Below are positions 11,901 through 24,300 of a DNA stretch of 64,000 nucleotides, piece by piece; positions within the stretch are counted from its first letter, which is position 1, and the number at the start of each line of letters is the position of its first letter. The notes beneath the pieces were generated by a model that was not told the origin of the DNA, did not search any database, and worked only from the letters and a program-made list of their open reading frames with translations. The DNA is taken from contig OX638155.1 of the NCBI GenBank assembly GCA_951804945.1, forward strand, positions 60,264,001 to 60,328,000, given 5' to 3'. This DNA is from Podarcis cretensis (lineage: Eukaryota). A program made the position numbers and the translations under genes.

Positions 11901-12723
11901 ACCGTATGAACAAATAAAGGAGTATGTCTATGACTGGCTACACCATATCCAGGTAAATCAGATGTATAGTAAGGATATTAAAGAAAGAGGCTATGCAGAA
12001 AAAGATTCCAAATTCCAAACAGAGATAATAAATAATGAAGTGAAAATTATATCTAAGATGTATAGGATGCTGCTAGACTGGAACTTAGGCGATGAGGAAG
12101 TCAAATCAGTGATGATCCGCTGGGCAAGGGATGTAGGTCATAGCATACAATTTGAAGACTGGGAAGAGCTTTGGAAGGAGGGGCTAAACTTTACAGCGTG
12201 TATAACGATAAAGGAAAATGTCATGAAGATGTTTTATAGGTGGTATTTAACACCGATGAAATTATCAAAAATGTACAAGATGGATAAAAAGTGTTGGAAA
12301 TGTAAAGATGAGGAGGGCTCCTTCTACCACATGTGGTGGGAGTGTGGAAGAGTGAAGCAGTTCTGGGAGAAAATATATATTGAATTAAAGAAGATTTTAA
12401 AATATACGTTCAGAAAGAAATCAGAAATTTTCCTGCTAGGGATATTAGGGCAAGAGATAAAAAAAGAAGACCGTAGAATAGTATATTATGCAGTGACAGC
12501 AGCAAGGGTAGTATTAGCCCAAAAGTGGAAACAGCAGGAAATACCAACGGTGGAGGAGTGGAGACCTAAGCTGTTGGACTACGCGGAGTTGGATAAATTA
12601 ACAGGAAAAATTAGGTATGCAAGAGACCAAGTGTTCATCAAGGATTGGGGAAAGTACGTGGATTATCTGGAATGTATTAGTGAGGGACAAACAACGCTAA
12701 AGGGATTCAGAGACGCACTGTGA
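8950..12723 (+). CDS. L1 ORF2p: APE endonuclease, reverse transcriptase, CCHC zinc knuckle (1257 aa)
   Basis: EN motifs WNINGMN, ICLQETH, GDMN, SRIDQIW, SDHSP. RT motifs YRPISLLNTDYKIF, DAEKAFD, GTRQGCPLSPLLF, FADD, YLG. C-terminal CWKC-x8-HMWWEC. No stops or frameshifts. Confidence 0.97.
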   Translation: MGLKIWNWNINGMNDKKWRNKIEQYLKRKNLDIICLQETHVARRHRKVLINKKLGNEFESSDKEKKRGVVLYIKNKMEARTLFKDEEGRVIGVSINWQGEKLVVVGVYAPNGSKTEFFKKLEEKLWEYMDQKIILMGDMNGVVSLEADRLRDGVNKEGKLPKSFFSMVENCNLTDIWRLRHPLDKQFTYHSEPNQSLSRIDQIWLSSELCPRTKLIEIRPKVISDHSPIELELESLETRTFRWRLKDYLLDDQKIVENARKKLSDYFADNCDKGTKINVVWDASKAVIRGYFIQQNAIKNRNREKNKEEILKQIMVNEQKLSQKPNCQKAKERIKMLQAQFATIINREVEWNIKKLRQKNFEFLNKPGKWLAWQIKKRKEQGTINKIIVGGGGERTDPTDPKEIRSEFVNYYRSLYKDKERVGLRRIERFLKDKKVQKISTEDKQRLNIPIGNEEIEETIKDLKRGKAPGPDRFTAGYYKEMNSILVGPLKETMNNILKKGEIPGTWKEAYIAFIPKQDADPTQVKNYRPISLLNTDYKIFAGILARRLKKLLSEIIHKDQAGFLPGRQMRDNTRIIINMLEYLSVRIDKQVIMMFVDAEKAFDNVIWDFMLKILEHMDVGNDFFNGVKATYTEQKAKLIINSMVTEEIKIQKGTRQGCPLSPLLFIIVLEVLLNSIRQNGKINGVSLGQNVYKTKAFADDVVIMTEEPTTAIEEILKEIEEFGEIAGFKLNKTKTKMIGKNVDLKTIEIIQQHSQIEIVKKVKYLGIWLTSKNIDLFKNNYEPMWKDIRKDLEKWGGLKLSFWGRINTIKMNVLSRLMFLFQTIPIIKGSRIFKDWQRILSRYIWQGKKPRIQFKLLTDIKERGGFALPDLKLYYEASCLCWIKDWVKLVNTKLLDLEGFDNRFGWHAYLWKNKRKVHKGFENHTFRGPLIEIWEKYKNLLEPKTPHWLSPLEVMSIKAINMRSNWATYSQLLTKVDGKWKLKPYEQIKEYVYDWLHHIQVNQMYSKDIKERGYAEKDSKFQTEIINNEVKIISKMYRMLLDWNLGDEEVKSVMIRWARDVGHSIQFEDWEELWKEGLNFTACITIKENVMKMFYRWYLTPMKLSKMYKMDKKCWKCKDEEGSFYHMWWECGRVKQFWEKIYIELKKILKYTFRKKSEIFLLGILGQEIKKEDRRIVYYAVTAARVVLAQKWKQQEIPTVEEWRPKLLDYAELDKLTGKIRYARDQVFIKDWGKYVDYLECISEGQTTLKGFRDAL

Positions 12724-13283
12724 AAGACTATGAGTTATTGTTTAAAGCAAATAGGAGACAGAGATAGGCACAATGACAATATAAGCAGAGAAACGCGTGA
12801 CTCTGATTATTGCTTCGAATGATTTATGGATAAGCTGAAGGAAGTCTTGAAAGGGATGGCTATGTAATAATGTCAATGAAAAAATTATAAGTTTGTGTAT
12901 TTTTCACTTATCTTTTTTCTGTAACTCTTCTTTTTCTCTATTCTCTGTATTCTGATTTTTTTTTATATATGTGTTAGTTTTTTATTTTCTTTTATGGAAT
13001 CAATCAATAAAAAGAATGATGAAAAAAAAAAAGATTGATTTCCTACAATTGAAGAACAAGCATTATATGGCACCTGTAACAATGCTAGTCCCACAGACTG
13101 GAGTGGGTGAGTGGGAATATATAAAGGAGATCCCAGTGATCAAAAGATTACTGTCCCCATGCTACTAATGCAAAATTGCAGGGTAGTGTACCTCCCTCCA
13201 GAAATCCCAGAACAGTCCATGCCACTGTTTTCATTTTGCTTTTGCCATTGCAGACAGTTATCTTGGCTGCATCAGGATCATTA

Positions 13284-13655
13284 AAGGTAAAGGTAAAGGT
13301 AAAGGTACCCCTGCCCGTACGGGCCAGTCTTGACAGACTCTGGGGTTGTGCGCCCATCTCACTTAAGAGGCCAGGGGCCAGCGCTGTCCGGAGACACTTC
13401 CGGGTCACGTGGCCAGCGTGACATCGCTGCTCTGGCGAGCCAGAGCCGCACACGGAAACGCCGTTTACCTTCCCGCTGGTAAGCGGTCCCTATTTATCTA
13501 CTTGCACCCGGAGGTGCTTTCGAACTGCTAGGTTGGCAGGCGCTGGGACCGAGCAGCGGGAGCGCACCCCGCCGCAGGGATTCGAACCGCCGACCTTTCG
13601 ATCGGCAAGTCCTAGGCACTGAGGCTTTAACCCACAGCGCCACCTGCGTCCCACA
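13284..13655 (-). mobile_element. Sauria SINE (Squam1), full length, young
   Basis: Minus strand starts GGGACGCAGGTGGCGCTGTGGG (A box), has GGTTCGAATCC (B box) and ends in (ACCTTT)n. TSD ATCATTA at 13277-13283 and 13656-13662. CpG-rich. Confidence 0.95.
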
Positions 13656-13832
13656 ATCATTAGAAGGCCTTAAAGCCTCCACTCCCCAGTGATCCAACTA
13701 AATATGCCAACTAAATGTGTTTTGTTTCATCAGCCATTTACTATAAGCTCTTGTTCAGAAAATACAAGAGTAACTTACTGAACAACTTGATTTAAGTAAA
13801 TTATTAAATAATTTATTTTGTTTATTTAAAGA

Positions 13833-13915
13833 TGTCATTCTATACCTGCTTACCCGGGAGTAATCCATATTGGATTCAATAGGACTTACTTCTGAGTGGC
13901 ATGTATAGGATTTCA
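13833..13915. repeat. ~85-bp hairpin repeat (old non-autonomous DNA element)
   Basis: CATTCTATAC...CTTACCCGGGAGTAA...ATTG/CAAT...GACTTACTTCTGAGT...TATAGGATT. Same family recurs at 30977, 34655, 50452 and elsewhere. Confidence 0.6.
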
Positions 13916-14639
13916 TAGTAATCCCTCTTGTTTTAAATCAGTGCAACTTGAAGGCTAGTGAGTACTGATGAGATGTTCCTAATGCTAGCTCTCAGTTGGA
14001 AATAATTTAAGATAAAGCAAGACCTCTGCCTTCACTATATATAACAGCTCCACATAGATTGCTGGTGAAAATGCTTAGGTGTCTGATGGAGGCTGCATGC
14101 ATCATCCATTAGTATGACATGACAAGGTTACTCAAAATAAATGAGTTAAGGTTTCTAAATGCATATCAACCCAAACACTTATTATGTAGTACTATGTCTA
14201 ACCACAACGGGACCACTCAGCATGAAAGGCTTGTGGATTACAAACATAGCCTATGATGATCCCATTCTTCCTACAGCTTTATACAGGCACAAGTGGGGTT
14301 TTTTTCTGCTTCAGAATACATTGCTGCATTACTCCCTTATTATTCTCATTACAGTAATGCTGAACTAACAGTGGCTGATGCAGCAGTAAATTGGCTGCAT
14401 GTACGACCACACAAATCTGAGGAGACCCACAGACCATTGAAGTACTACAATATCTGACAGCACAAATGCATTGTAGTCCTATGCACAATGAACAGTTTAT
14501 GCAGATAGATCTTTGCATTCATGGAGATTACTACTAAAAGAAATACAATTGCAGACCTAAATCTCATATTTATTGTCTTTATTCAATTTTCCAAATAGAT
14601 TTACTATTGATGATATTCACTGAAAATAAACTTCAGGAA

Positions 14640-14765
14640 CAGCTATGTTAGTTGTCTGTATCAAAAATAGCAAGAACTTTTGTGGTACTATTAAGCCTAA
14701 TGAATTCAGATACAATGAAAAGGATTCTGACCCGCAAACATTTAGCCACAATAAAATTGTTGGGC
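14640..14765. mobile_element. Degenerate Penelope-like terminal fragments
   Basis: AGCTATGTTAGT...CAAAAATAGCAAGAACTTTTGTGGTACTATTAAGCCTAA resembles the element end at 39990-40060. It is followed by a decayed opposite-orientation piece ending GCCACAATAAAATTGTT. Confidence 0.35.
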
Positions 14766-14850
14766 TGGTATCCAACATTAGTCATACTCAGTGGGCCAGT
14801 TATTGATTTACTGAGTCTACTCTGAGTATGACTAACACTGGACACAACCC
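14765..14850. repeat. Short hairpin repeat
   Basis: TTAGTCATACTCAG ... CTGAGTATGACTAA perfect 14-bp inverted arms. Related copy near 32800-32880. Confidence 0.7.
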
Positions 14851-17657
14851 TTAGTCTTTTGCTGTTGTTTTACTAAAAATAAATACATTAATTGTTAAAT
14901 CTGTTTGACTTATTGAAGTTTAAGCAAAAAATATATTGAAAAATTGGAATATGTTTTTGTCACCAATCACAATTAAGCATCTTCCTTTTGCATGCCCTGT
15001 TGCATTCTCCCCGTTGCATGCAGTGACAGTACGTCAGAGCAGGCTCAGCCTCCGAACAGCACTAAGTATCCCTAAATTTCATCTGAAATTTCTTCCTGTC
15101 CATGAATACTCCATAATTTCCCATTCCTTCTTATACTGTAAGGTTTGATAATGGACAACTTTGCACTAGAATATCTTAAAATAATAATAATACTGAGCCA
15201 GAATGTGTGTATATGTGATATTCAGTGAACATATTATTTTTCTTGGACATTCATAGCACTCTTAATTTATTTATTAGAATTTTCAATTACCTCATTCAAT
15301 TGCCCCATGTTAGATAACACTTTAAAAGTCCACATAAAACCATTGCAATAAGCATATATTAAAGTATGTGGGTGGAATTCAACAGAGCAATGAAGAAATT
15401 GTTCTGTCATTTCTGCTTGCTTGATGAAATGACTTCCCCTCTGTCCCTTGTACCTTGGTAGAGGTGGGGAAGTCTTCTGACCTCTTAGAGTGGATTTTTT
15501 GGGGGGGTGAGAGTCATAGGGGGGAAGAACAGAAAGCCCCTTTACACTAGCAGGGGCCCTCGAGCTGGCTTCTACTAATGGAACAGGGTAGCTGAATCCA
15601 GCCTTATATTTTATTATTATTCTATTTTCAATATTTATAGCCCACTCAGATGTGAGAATGGACCAAGTTATAGGGACAGATAGGACCTTTAGTAGGCGCT
15701 GCCTTTCTTCCTCTCTAGGACCTGGCAAGGACCCTTATTGATCAACACTGGATTTGTGAGGTGACAGCACCTTCCTCACGATCCCATTGTGATTTGAAAA
15801 TGAGGGTTCTGATATTTGAACATACAGCATCTCCTGTTAAATTGCTGCACATGTTACTAGGAGTGGAACAAGAGGTACAAAATCTCATTCTAGCCTTTCC
15901 ATAATGACAGTGCTGTGACTGCATGCAAAGGTGTCTGTATGCTCATCTGCATAAAATATTATTTATGTAGAGTGCGGGCTCCAAAAGAAGAGTAAGTTTT
16001 GAAGTCAGAGCCCAAGCTGAAAATGCTTGAGTAACTTTGCCATAAAGGTTTGTATGCACATTGTTTATATATGCACACGCTCTGAGAAAGCAGAAATTAA
16101 TTCCACAAATTAAGAATTTAAGGGTTCTTAAACTATTTGTCTAACCAATTTTCAAGGGGTATGGTATCAAGAACTTTGGTATCAATGAACAGTGGCAACA
16201 CATATAACTTTTCCTTGATCCATTCTGAGAAAAAAATGTATCTCTTCCTAAAATGCCTTAGGTTTTAAAGGAGGTAACAATTCTGATCCCCCCATTTATA
16301 TCTCTGTATCTTTTCCAGATATTATATAGCAACAGGTATTCTTTTTTATGAATTCCTGTATAAAATGTCATGACAGTGTAAAAATACAATAAAATAGATG
16401 CACCTTCACAAGTAATGCTTTCAAAGAACAAGATATTGCTATATGATTTAACTGTGGACAGTTTGTGCAAACACTGCACTGGATTGCTCTTTCAATTAGA
16501 AAAAGGGGAAAGAAAGATGTATCATACACATGTTTAATAAGCTGTTTTATTGTTTTTAAAACAATATTACAAAAAGTCTAATTCCTGCAATAAAAACAAA
16601 TGCTATCCTTCCTCTTTCCGTAAGATACACAGTAGAATCTAACACCTTGCACCTTCAGTCCAATAAATGAAACATAAAACTTGAGATATGTCTTGCCTAT
16701 AAAATGACTCATTCAGAAAATGCAAACCATATTCCTTTCAGATCTAAAGAACAACTTTCCCACATGTATTGCCAGAATTTGTTGCAAAAATGGCTTTTAG
16801 GTCAGCTGTCCCAATGTGGGATGTGAAAAGATATAAAAATCAAATTCTTCTTGTCTCCTCTTCCAAGCACATATTGCATCAGAGGCCACCCCAAAAAGTC
16901 CCTGACTTCCGTAAAAAGTGTTTTCGGTATCATAAACTGATTCAATAGGCAGGTAAACTCAGAAGCTGCAACTTAGAATGCATAGAAACTGCCCCCATAG
17001 CTCTTGGGTTTCACCCACTGCATTTATTGCCAGGGTGTTAGTATTCTACCACCTAAAATACATTAATTCTTATAAAGCACCCACCTACACACAGCCACTC
17101 CCCAAAAGATCTGCTGGCATCAGAATAATATATTGTGTGCGTTAGGTTCTAAAGTTCAGTGGGTTATCAAGTCCAAGCTGCCTGCCCTACAGCAGGATCC
17201 CTTTCACAAAATGGATTCATCTTGCGAGCTGTACCTATTGCTCAAGGAGATATTGGGCTAAGGAGTACAGTGTACCTTTCCTGTAAAAGGTATCTATGTC
17301 CAATACAACATTGCACAATATTTCTCACAATAACACTACATAAGCAGGCATACAATAAAAGAAGTAATTGCAATGAAGCAGTACACATGTAAATATAAAT
17401 CACATACTCAACACATTCCATAACAGCACATACAACAGCCACATACAGTTATCCATTTTCTATTAAAACAAGCCAAACAGTACTTTTAATATCAGCTAGT
17501 CTACCACAGTATTAAAACCAACTGACAACTTTAGCACAGTATATATATGCAAAAGAATATATATATTCTGTAGCAGGTGTAGCAGACCAGGTGCACTGCA
17601 GACATTATGGACTACAACACCCATCATTCAGTGAGGTTGTTCTTCCTAATTGTGTTT

Positions 17658-17779
17658 CATAGAATTATAGAATAGCAGAGTTGGAAGGGACCACGAAGGT
17701 CGTCTAGCGCAACCCCCTGCAATGACGGAATCTCAGCTAAAGCATCCATAACAGATGGCCATCCAACCTCTGCTTAAAC
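17658..17779 (-). mobile_element. CR1 LINE 3' end
   Basis: CATAGAATTATAGAAT (reversed octamer tail) followed by AGAGTTGGAAGGGACC...GTCTAG..CAACCCCCTGC...CCATCCAACCTCTGCTTAAA. Confidence 0.85.
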
Positions 17780-20700
17780 ATCATATTTGCTTAAGTCACA
17801 TTTCAAATTTCAAGTCACACTTGCACATTGCTGTACACACCAGAGAGGAGGCCCGGATATTTTCAACCAATGTGCATTACCTGCTTTGTTTCCATGCATC
17901 TCCACCCTCCTAAATCCTATTCATGAAACTCTCGTCTATGCATATGCAACTCCTGTCTTAAATGTACACACCTCAGCTTAACTGCGAAGTGAATGTAGCA
18001 TACATTTTTTTGATCAGATAGAAGCTGGTAAGGGCTGATGGGCATTGTAGTCCAACATGTATTGAGTGTACTATGTTTGCTAGCCGTGGTCTAGAAAGCA
18101 ATTGAGGAAATGGTTCTCCTTTCTTATTCTGAGAATCATGGCTACTTACATCCTAAAATGGCACTTCATGCCATTAGCAGTTTGATTTAGACTCAAATTT
18201 GCTTATTCCCTTCAGTATTCACATCTTGCACTAGGTAGTTCTATATTGATAGACTGTTGCCGGAATGCCCACTATCTGGTTGAACAATCAAGGCTTTTTG
18301 TGCCAATCATGACATCCCATCTTGTATTGGTAAATTCTGTTCACATTCATTATCCACAAAAGTTATTTCTTGGGAAGCACTTATGCAGTTCCACCAACTA
18401 CCAATTATTATTTCCCCCCGTATCAGGTATAAGCTACTGTTTTCCAACTTGGCTCAGAGCAAGGCTTGAGAGAGATGAAAACTAAAATTTCGTATATTCC
18501 TAACATGAATTTATGGCCCATTAGATGTGGCATACAACTATTTCTATAACTGATGTATTGCAAGAATGGCTAAGTCTCTGTTAAACAACTAAATGAATAA
18601 ACTTCAGTCGCAACTATGCTTAATGCTGATGTAAATACTTTCACATCCTGATGCCCTTCTGCAGAAATATGTTGAGGATCATGTTAAGAAAGTAACATTT
18701 TCCACATACTGCAACAAGGAGTTTCTATAATTTAGTTCATTCTTGAACTAATGCTGCAGGAATCAGCACTAAACTTTGATTATACCAGACCACTGGCACC
18801 CATCTACATCCCAATTTCTTGCCGTAAAAGGTTAACCACTAAGTGTGAAGTGAAAAATATTAGCTACTAACAGATAGATATCTATCAACCACATCCTCCT
18901 GCAGCACATTTGAAAGAAATTAAAGAATATGGGGTTTGGACAGAGCTGTTTTATTTAGTACATTTAAAAAAAAAAATCAGTGAAAGCAGCTTGACCTGTC
19001 TATAATGACATAAACCTTAACTTTACTTCAGAATTAATTTAAAACACATACTGTAACAGGATTAAGATTGCCATAGGAGTGACATCAGAGTTCACATTAG
19101 AATCTGATCCATTCTACCATCAGACGTTGACCACCTGACTATTCAGTGACATCTTTCTATCTCACATGCAGCAAACAAGCAGATTACACATTATGTACAT
19201 TAATTTCAAGAGAAGCACATGGAAACCAAACACTAACAGTATCTCCATCAATCCTATGATTTTTCAAAATACTTTTATTTAAAGTAAGATTTCCTTTTAA
19301 TAGTTTATACTCTCTTGCCCGCCTCCAAGTTACTATTACTATCCAAATGTCTGTCCTAGACCATTATTATCCTCTACCCCCAACAGATAAACAAAAGGAA
19401 AACAAATAGGGACAAGGGTAAGTAATACACCCCAACACACAAAACATCAAATTCATTTTAAGGAGATAAAACAGTTCTCGGTGTATTCCTTAGTTACTAT
19501 ATAAGTAATTGTGAAGCAAAGTCCTATCCCGCCTCACAGCAACCGATTTAAAAATTGGCTTTTGTGCTAACATTTTGCTTGAAAACTATATTTATACCCT
19601 AACCCTATGCATGCCAAATTGGAAGCTGCAGTGTTCAAGGGAGTTTACCTATGGAAATCATATAAAGGGTTATGACTTTGCTTATTTATCAATGAGGGCA
19701 AACCACAGCATTTCCAGTTTTAATTAGATACAATCAGTCAGAACCTTTTAATATTTTTGCAAACCTTAAAACGCATGCTAATAACTGTGCATTCACCGTT
19801 ACTACACAAACCTGCAGTGGTCTGTGTATTAGTATTTAACAACCAGTCTGCAGTGCTGAGCAGAGTCATGTCACCTAAAGGAAAATTGCAAAGAAAATGA
19901 AAAAGCTAGTACCTTTTCCACACATGTCCCAAAAGAATACGTACAAAAATGTACAGAAGTTTTCCATTTCTTTTTAAAATTGTTAACTAATTAATTAAAG
20001 GGCAGTGCTTCAGACTGTGTTCCTGCAGTCTACAATCTCTAAAATATAACCTTGATTCAACATCCAGACTAATTTTTGTACTCCTTTTTATTTTTCCTCA
20101 TTTCCTCATGCACCCACTATCCCTTGCTCTGGGGGATACCTTGCCTGATAAAGACTTCTGGGGAAATCACAATTTCATAACATATTGGTTGGTCCTATTA
20201 AAGGAGTTCTTTTTCTCCTTACCAGTGCACCATTTTTCTCTTTACTTGGAGCCATCACATTAAAACTTAACTTCGATGTAAGTGTGTTTATCAACAGGAA
20301 AAGTTTTCTGGATTTTGTTAAGATAAAACAGTATGCTTACATTCCAATTTTAAAATCAGAAGTCAGTAGTGTATGCACACACAAAAAAAGATAAACAGCA
20401 CAGTCCTCTGCATGTCTAGAATCAAGTCTCTGTGTTTAAAGATCTTTATTCACAGGTAAGTATGCTATGACTACATCCTAAATCAGATGTCTTTATCCAA
20501 AAGGCAGTGGTCAGTCATTAGTATTGACTAAGGTTGCAATCCTAAAGATACAAATTTGCATTATTTTAATTTAGAGAAAAGGGACAAAAATGGTCTATCT
20601 GACAAAATACAATGCAGCTCCATTAGATTTAGAGGGAATGGAGGCTAAAAGTATAATCTGATAACCCAAATAGTCTTCAGTTAGAACTCAGACCAAAAAA

Positions 20701-21151
20701 ATGTTTTGGGTAAAGGGCATGGGAATGGTGGGTAAATGGATAACTCATTTGATAGATGTTTCATATCACTGTCATTGCTATAGTCAAACTTCAGTAAGTG
20801 CCCATGAATAACCATTGGAATCTTATCTAGTTATACAGTATTTCATATCTAATAGAAAGGCAAGGCCTGGCAATCTGAGGTAGTAAACTAGTGTGTAAAG
20901 GCTCTACCATTTCAGTTTCCAGATGGGAGCTCCTCCATCCAAAATAATAGTAAAATCCACCAGATAGAAAGCTAGCTGACAGGAAGCAGAAGGATACTTT
21001 CCCTGACATGCTGCTTTGTCTATGTGCAGAAGACTGTTGTTGTATGAAGGAGTATTCTGTCATGAAAGCCCCCACCTTTAGTCCGAAGTGGCATAATCCA
21101 GACACACATTTACCATCTCAGTGAAAACTGAGGTCTAAAGTAATCCCATCA

Positions 21152-21397
<246 letters not shown>

Positions 21398-24300
21398 TCA
21401 TATACTTTATTACTTCCTTAGTTTGCCTTACATTTTTGAGTCGTTTCATACACTCATTTCATATTGGCTCTGTATAATACACAATCCTTAACAGATTTAA
21501 AATACATTTATACCTGCTTGTCTACACATTTTTATAAAGCACAAAATTAGAGACAAAAATTAAAATGCATTGAAAAGCACATCCCAAGTGCAATACAGTC
21601 ACACTGTTCGCTTGCATATAATTTACCACCCAATTACGATTTAATGGGCCTCCAAACCAAATAAAACACTTGAAGCAATAGTTGAACCTACGCTCAACTG
21701 ACAAGGAATGAGATATTCCTGATGTATGTGTTTACTCTGGCAAACTACTTAATTGTTCTTCTGTTTCCGTTGAAACAAATGCAGCATTAAAACATTATTA
21801 TGTCTGCTCTCTTGTTTGCTTTGTGGATTACATAAAGCGTGCCCAATTGAAAAGGGATAGGGCCAATATACAGTGAATCCATACAGGCATTAGTATGCCT
21901 TAGCACTTTGCAGTACTTGAACTGTCACTTAAAGTGAAACAAGAACAGAATCAGTGCAAATTGTCAATATTTTATAGAATATATTGCCTCTGTGCTTACG
22001 ATTCCTGATCATAATAGCTTTTATAATACTCAACTTCCATTAGATTTATACTGAATAGAAGATCTGCATAATATAGTTAAGGGGCAATGTTCAAATCATG
22101 TACTCTAGAATAAGGGCCCTTCGGCATGAAGAAAGTTTTGGAACACTTGATACATTTCTATGTAATGAAGTATCAGTTTGCATTAAGCCCAAAGTTTACA
22201 ATATGCTAACAAATTTTGCTTTTGTAATATTTTTGGATTAAATATTATCAGGAAAAGTTTGCACAATATACTTGAAGTCCACCAAATCAGTTTAACTTTG
22301 GTTGCAAAGCTGTGAACCTCCTTAAGAGTAAACCCCACTCAACTCAGTGGAATTTACTACCATGGAAGCATAAACAGAATTCCATTGCACATTTTCTAAC
22401 ATAAATATGTATTTTACTTTTCACAGTTATATTGCTTTCACACTACAAATTTTCTCACTAATAATGCTCCATTTAAAAATTACCAGTTGGAGTCCTTTTA
22501 AATGCTAGACTACTGGTGTTACTTTCATGACCAAATCCAAACAATTTTAAAATACACAGAAGTGTATACACGAATTATAAAACATTTTAGTGCTGAGCAG
22601 AACCTTTATTTAAAAGTGCATATTTAAATTACTTCTCAAAGCAGTGAAACAATATTCTCCAGTTTAAAATGAACAACAATCAAATATCATTCATATGTCT
22701 TTCACATGGAGTAAAATAATTTCATTCTAAGTAGTTTCCCCCCCCCCCTACAGATAGGCCACTTTGATCTTATCCTTACCTGCAAATGGATGAAACAGCA
22801 ACATCTGAACTGGTTTGGGATTTTTGCACCTGCAAACCAGGGACACAAATAGAAGCCTCTGTTATTCTACGTTCATGTCAGGTCTTAATCTAACTAAACA
22901 AAGAAATCTTCCTGGGGATGGTAATGCTCTCTTTTAACCAAAAGAGAAGGAGGGGGTTACTGCTGCAGTGAAAGACATATTGTCTTTAAATTGAAGCCTC
23001 AACTGTTGTTTCCTCCAGCAGGTCTATCCCCCCCCCCCCCCGCCCCTGCCCATGTCATGGGGAAGGCAGCCAAATGACGGGATAGTGATTCATCACTGGC
23101 CTATGACAGCTGCACACTGGATTTCCCCTCCCCCAATCAACATGCAAAGCAGTCTTGCTAAGGTAGTTTAGGAAGAGGTGCCTGGGTAAGGTAGCTATTA
23201 ACAGAGAAAATATATCTAGCAAAGGGAAGAAGCTCCCTAATGCTCTCCCCCAGCATCCTCTGAAGATCTTTCAGTTTTTGTTATCACTGGCTGAAACACA
23301 TCACCCTCCCACTCCTTTAACTCTTGACAGTCTCTTATCCTTATCATGTTAGTTTTCATCCCTCCCTCCTCCTTCCACTCTGTCATTTAAGTTTGCAAGT
23401 CCAGTTTCCAGCCAACTTTGAAGACTGCAAACCAACACTGAAGGATTTAAAGTCAAATGCAATGCTAGGCTCCTATAATTTGACTGAAAGTTCCTGAATG
23501 TTTATGTTTATCTAGGCCAGAAATTCCCCTTCCTCTTATCTGCACCTCTCCCCACAATCAAGTTAAACTAAAAAAGAAGAGCATACACTTCAGAATGAAT
23601 GAATACGAGCAGTACGCAAAAATATATTTCTAAAATGAACTCTGTGGTCATGAATTGCTCTTTTGCATTCTCTGTGAATGTACACTCTTTGGACTAGGGT
23701 GGGTGAGAGATTCAATAATGTTTGAAATCTAGACCCTCACTGGTTTAGTGCAGTGCTGCTGCATCTTATTAAAAAATGTGTAAGGTTGTGTTTAAATGAA
23801 TAGCCTTTGATACCAGTTTCCACACTCACACACACCCACACACCAGCCAAAAAAGCCACTAACAACTGCCAGCAGGTGATAAAGCCCAGGTGAAGACTGG
23901 CTGCTGGCTTGAAAGCACAAAACTTCCCCAGCAAGGACATACATTGTCTAAATGTCTGAATTCAGAATTCCACCCAACCTGAACTGACATCTCTTACATG
24001 ATCACAGAACAAAGACAAGCAAGATGAGGCATTTTAAGTGCCATAAAAGTCATCCAGGAAAATCTCACTTGTGTGCCTCTAGTTTTTGTTATTTTTAATC
24101 ACAGACAGAATTACTACTTCAGCAGGAGTACACCACTCGTATAAGCAGCCAGACAACATATAATGTTACACACAATAGCAAAAAGCATGTACTAACACAG
24201 ATAGGAAAACTGTAACTCTCCCCCCACCAAAGGTATTTAAAATGCTGCATAGTGTGCTTTTTAATAGACCATAGCAAACCAAACCAAACTGGAGTATGAA

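Larger units (their letters stand above)
8263..13028 (+). mobile_element. Young L1-clade LINE, 5'-truncated with 5' inversion, intact ORF2, polyA tail and 20-bp TSD
   Basis: TSD AAAAGATTGATTTCCTACAA at 8243-8262 and 13029-13048. AATAAA 13006-13011, A-tail 13022-13032. Inverted ORF1 segment 8263-8570, sense ORF1 8571-8905, ORF2 8950-12723. Confidence 0.97.

Noticed and set aside
13570-13652. tRNA gene suggested by A and B boxes
   Set aside because: This is the tRNA-derived SINE head, continuous with the SINE body and tail. The same applies at 37690, 38260-38339 and 61120-61202.
13148-13697. ORFs repeated at 13.1-13.7 kb and 60.7-61.0 kb
   Set aside because: Translations of Sauria SINE sequence, not duplicated genes.
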